From Mobula hypostoma (Eukaryota), in NCBI RefSeq assembly GCF_963921235.1, contig NC_086108.1:34350001-34414000 (forward strand): 64,000 nt of DNA. Reading direction: 5' to 3'. The notes beneath the pieces were generated by a model that saw only the letters and a list, made by a program, of their open reading frames with translations, did no database searches and was not told the DNA's origin. The position numbers and the translations under genes are program-made. Positions 62,001 to 64,000 of the stretch are shown in pieces; the stretch's first letter is position 1, and every line of letters starts with the position of its first letter.

Positions 62001-64000
62001 AGTACAGTGTGACTATATGGAGATAGTGAGTGGAGTGTGACTATATGGAGATAGTGAGTGGAGTGTGGTAGTATGGAGATAGTGAGTGGAGTGTGACTAT
62101 ATGGAGATAGTGAGTGGAGTGTGACTATATGGAGATAGTGAGTGGAGTGTGACTATATGGAGATAGTGAGTGGAGTGTGGCCATATGGAGATAGTGAGTA
62201 CGCTGTGACTATATGGAGATAGTGAGTGGTGTGTGACTATATGGAGATAGTGAGTGGTGTGTGACTATATGGAGATAGTGAGTGGAGTGTGGCAGTATGG
62301 AGATAGTGAGTGGAGTGTGGCTATATGGAGATAGTGAGTGGAGTGTGTCTATATGGAGATAGTGAGTGGAGTGTGGCAGTATGGAGATAGTGAGTGGAGT
62401 GTGACTATATGGAGATAGTGAGTGGAGTGTGGCAGTATGGAGATAGTGAGTGGAGTGTGGCTATATGGAGATAGTGAGTGGAGTGTGGCTATATGGAGAT
62501 AGTGAGTGGTGTGTGACTATATGGAGATAGTGAGTAGTGTGTGGCTATATGGAGATAGTGAGTGGAGTGTGGCTATATGGAGATAGTGAGTGGAGTGTGA
62601 CTATATGGAGATAGTGAGAGGAGTGTGGCTATATGGAGATAGTGAGTGGAGTGTGACTATATGGAGATAGTGAGTGGAGTGTGACTATATGGAGATAGTG
62701 AGTGGAGTGTGGCTATATGGAGATAGTGAGTTGAGTGTGACTATATGGAGATACTGAGTGCAGTGTGGCTATATGGAGATAGTGAGTGGAGTGTGACTAT
62801 ATGGAGATAGTGAGTGGAGTGTGACTATATGGAGATATTGAGTACAGTGTGACTATATGGAGATAGTGAGTGGTGTGTGACTATATGGAGATAGTGAGTG
62901 GAGTGTGGCAGTATGGAGATACTGAGTGGAGTGTGGCTATATGGAGATAGTGAGTGGAGTGTGACTATATGGAGATAGTGAGTACAGTGTGACTATATGG
63001 AGATAGTGAGTGGAGTGTGACTATATGGAGATAGTGAGTGGAGTGTGGCTATATGGAGATAGTGAGTGGAGTGTGACTATATGGAGATAGTGAGTGGTGT
63101 GTGACTATATGGAGATAGTGAGTGGAGTGTGGCTATATGGAGATAGTGAGTGGAGTGTGGCTATATGGAGATAGTGAGTGGAGTGTGACTATATGGAGAT
63201 AGTGAGTGGAGTGTGACTATATGGAGATAGTGAGTGGAGTGTGGCTATATGGAGATAGTGAGTGGAGTGTGACTATATGGAGATAGTGAGTGGAGTGTGG
63301 CTATATGGAAATAGTGAGTGGAGTGTGACTATATGGAGATAGTGAGTGGAGTGTGGCTATATGGAGATAGTGAGTGCAGTGTGGCTATATGGAGATAGTG
63401 AGTAGTGTGTGGCTATATGGAGATACTGAGTAGAGTGTGGCTATATGGAGATAGTGAGTGGAGTGTGACTATATGGAGATAGTGAGTGGAGTCTGACTAT
63501 ATGGAGATAGTGAGTACAGTGTGACTATATGGAGATAGTGAGTGGTGTGTGACTATATGGAGATAGTGAGTGGAGTGTGGCAGTATGGAGATACTGAGTG
63601 GAGTGTGGCTATATGGAGATAGTGAGTGGAGTGTGACTATATGGAGATAGTGAGTACAGTGTGACTATATGGATATAGTGAGTGGAGTGTGGCTATATGG
63701 AGATAGTGAGTGGAGTGCGGCTATATGGAGATAGTGAGTGGAGTGTGACTATATGGAGATAGTGAGTGGAGTGTGACTATATGGAGATAGTGAGTGGAGT
63801 GTGGCTATATGGAGATAGTGAGTAGTGTGTGGTTATATGGAGATACTGAGTGGAGTGTGGCTATATGGAGATAGTGAGTGGAGTGTGACTATATGGAGAT
63901 AGTGAGTGGAGTGTGACTATATGGAGATTGTGAGTACGGTGTGACTATATGGAGATAGTGAGTGGTGTGTGACTATATGGAGATAGTGAGTGGAGTGTGG
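50046..64000. repeat. 28-bp satellite array, consensus TATATGGAGATAGTGAGTGGAGTGTG(A/G)C
   Basis: Seen directly. Roughly 490 units; the array runs off the window end. Confidence 0.98.
58600..58799. other. Assembly gap (200 N)
   Basis: Run of N inside the satellite. Confidence 0.99.

Noticed and set aside
50046..64000. CRISPR-like array (28-bp repeat)
   Set aside because: Units are head-to-tail with no unique spacers, there are no cas genes, and the context is eukaryotic.

Overview
Eukaryotic vertebrate DNA. The CR1, Rex1/Babar, Penelope and V-SINE content suggests a cartilaginous fish, probably a ray (inference). No intact cellular gene was found. Bases 1-50 kb are a dense pile of nested retroelements, many with readable target-site duplications (TSDs): several CR1 LINEs, a solo LTR, a complete non-autonomous Gmr1-type Ty3/Gypsy element, Penelope-like elements carrying minimal hammerhead ribozymes, Rex1-like and L1-like fragments, and SINEs. 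Between the repeats, on the minus strand, lie decayed exons of an intron-containing, strongly diverged eIF2-alpha kinase gene resembling GCN2/EIF2AK4. Five kinase-domain exons are recognisable in the correct order; several downstream HisRS-like-domain exons are only tentative. Bases 50,046-64,000 are a 28-bp satellite with higher-order structure and a 200-N gap. All protein and repeat-family comparisons were made by eye against recalled sequences; no database search was run.
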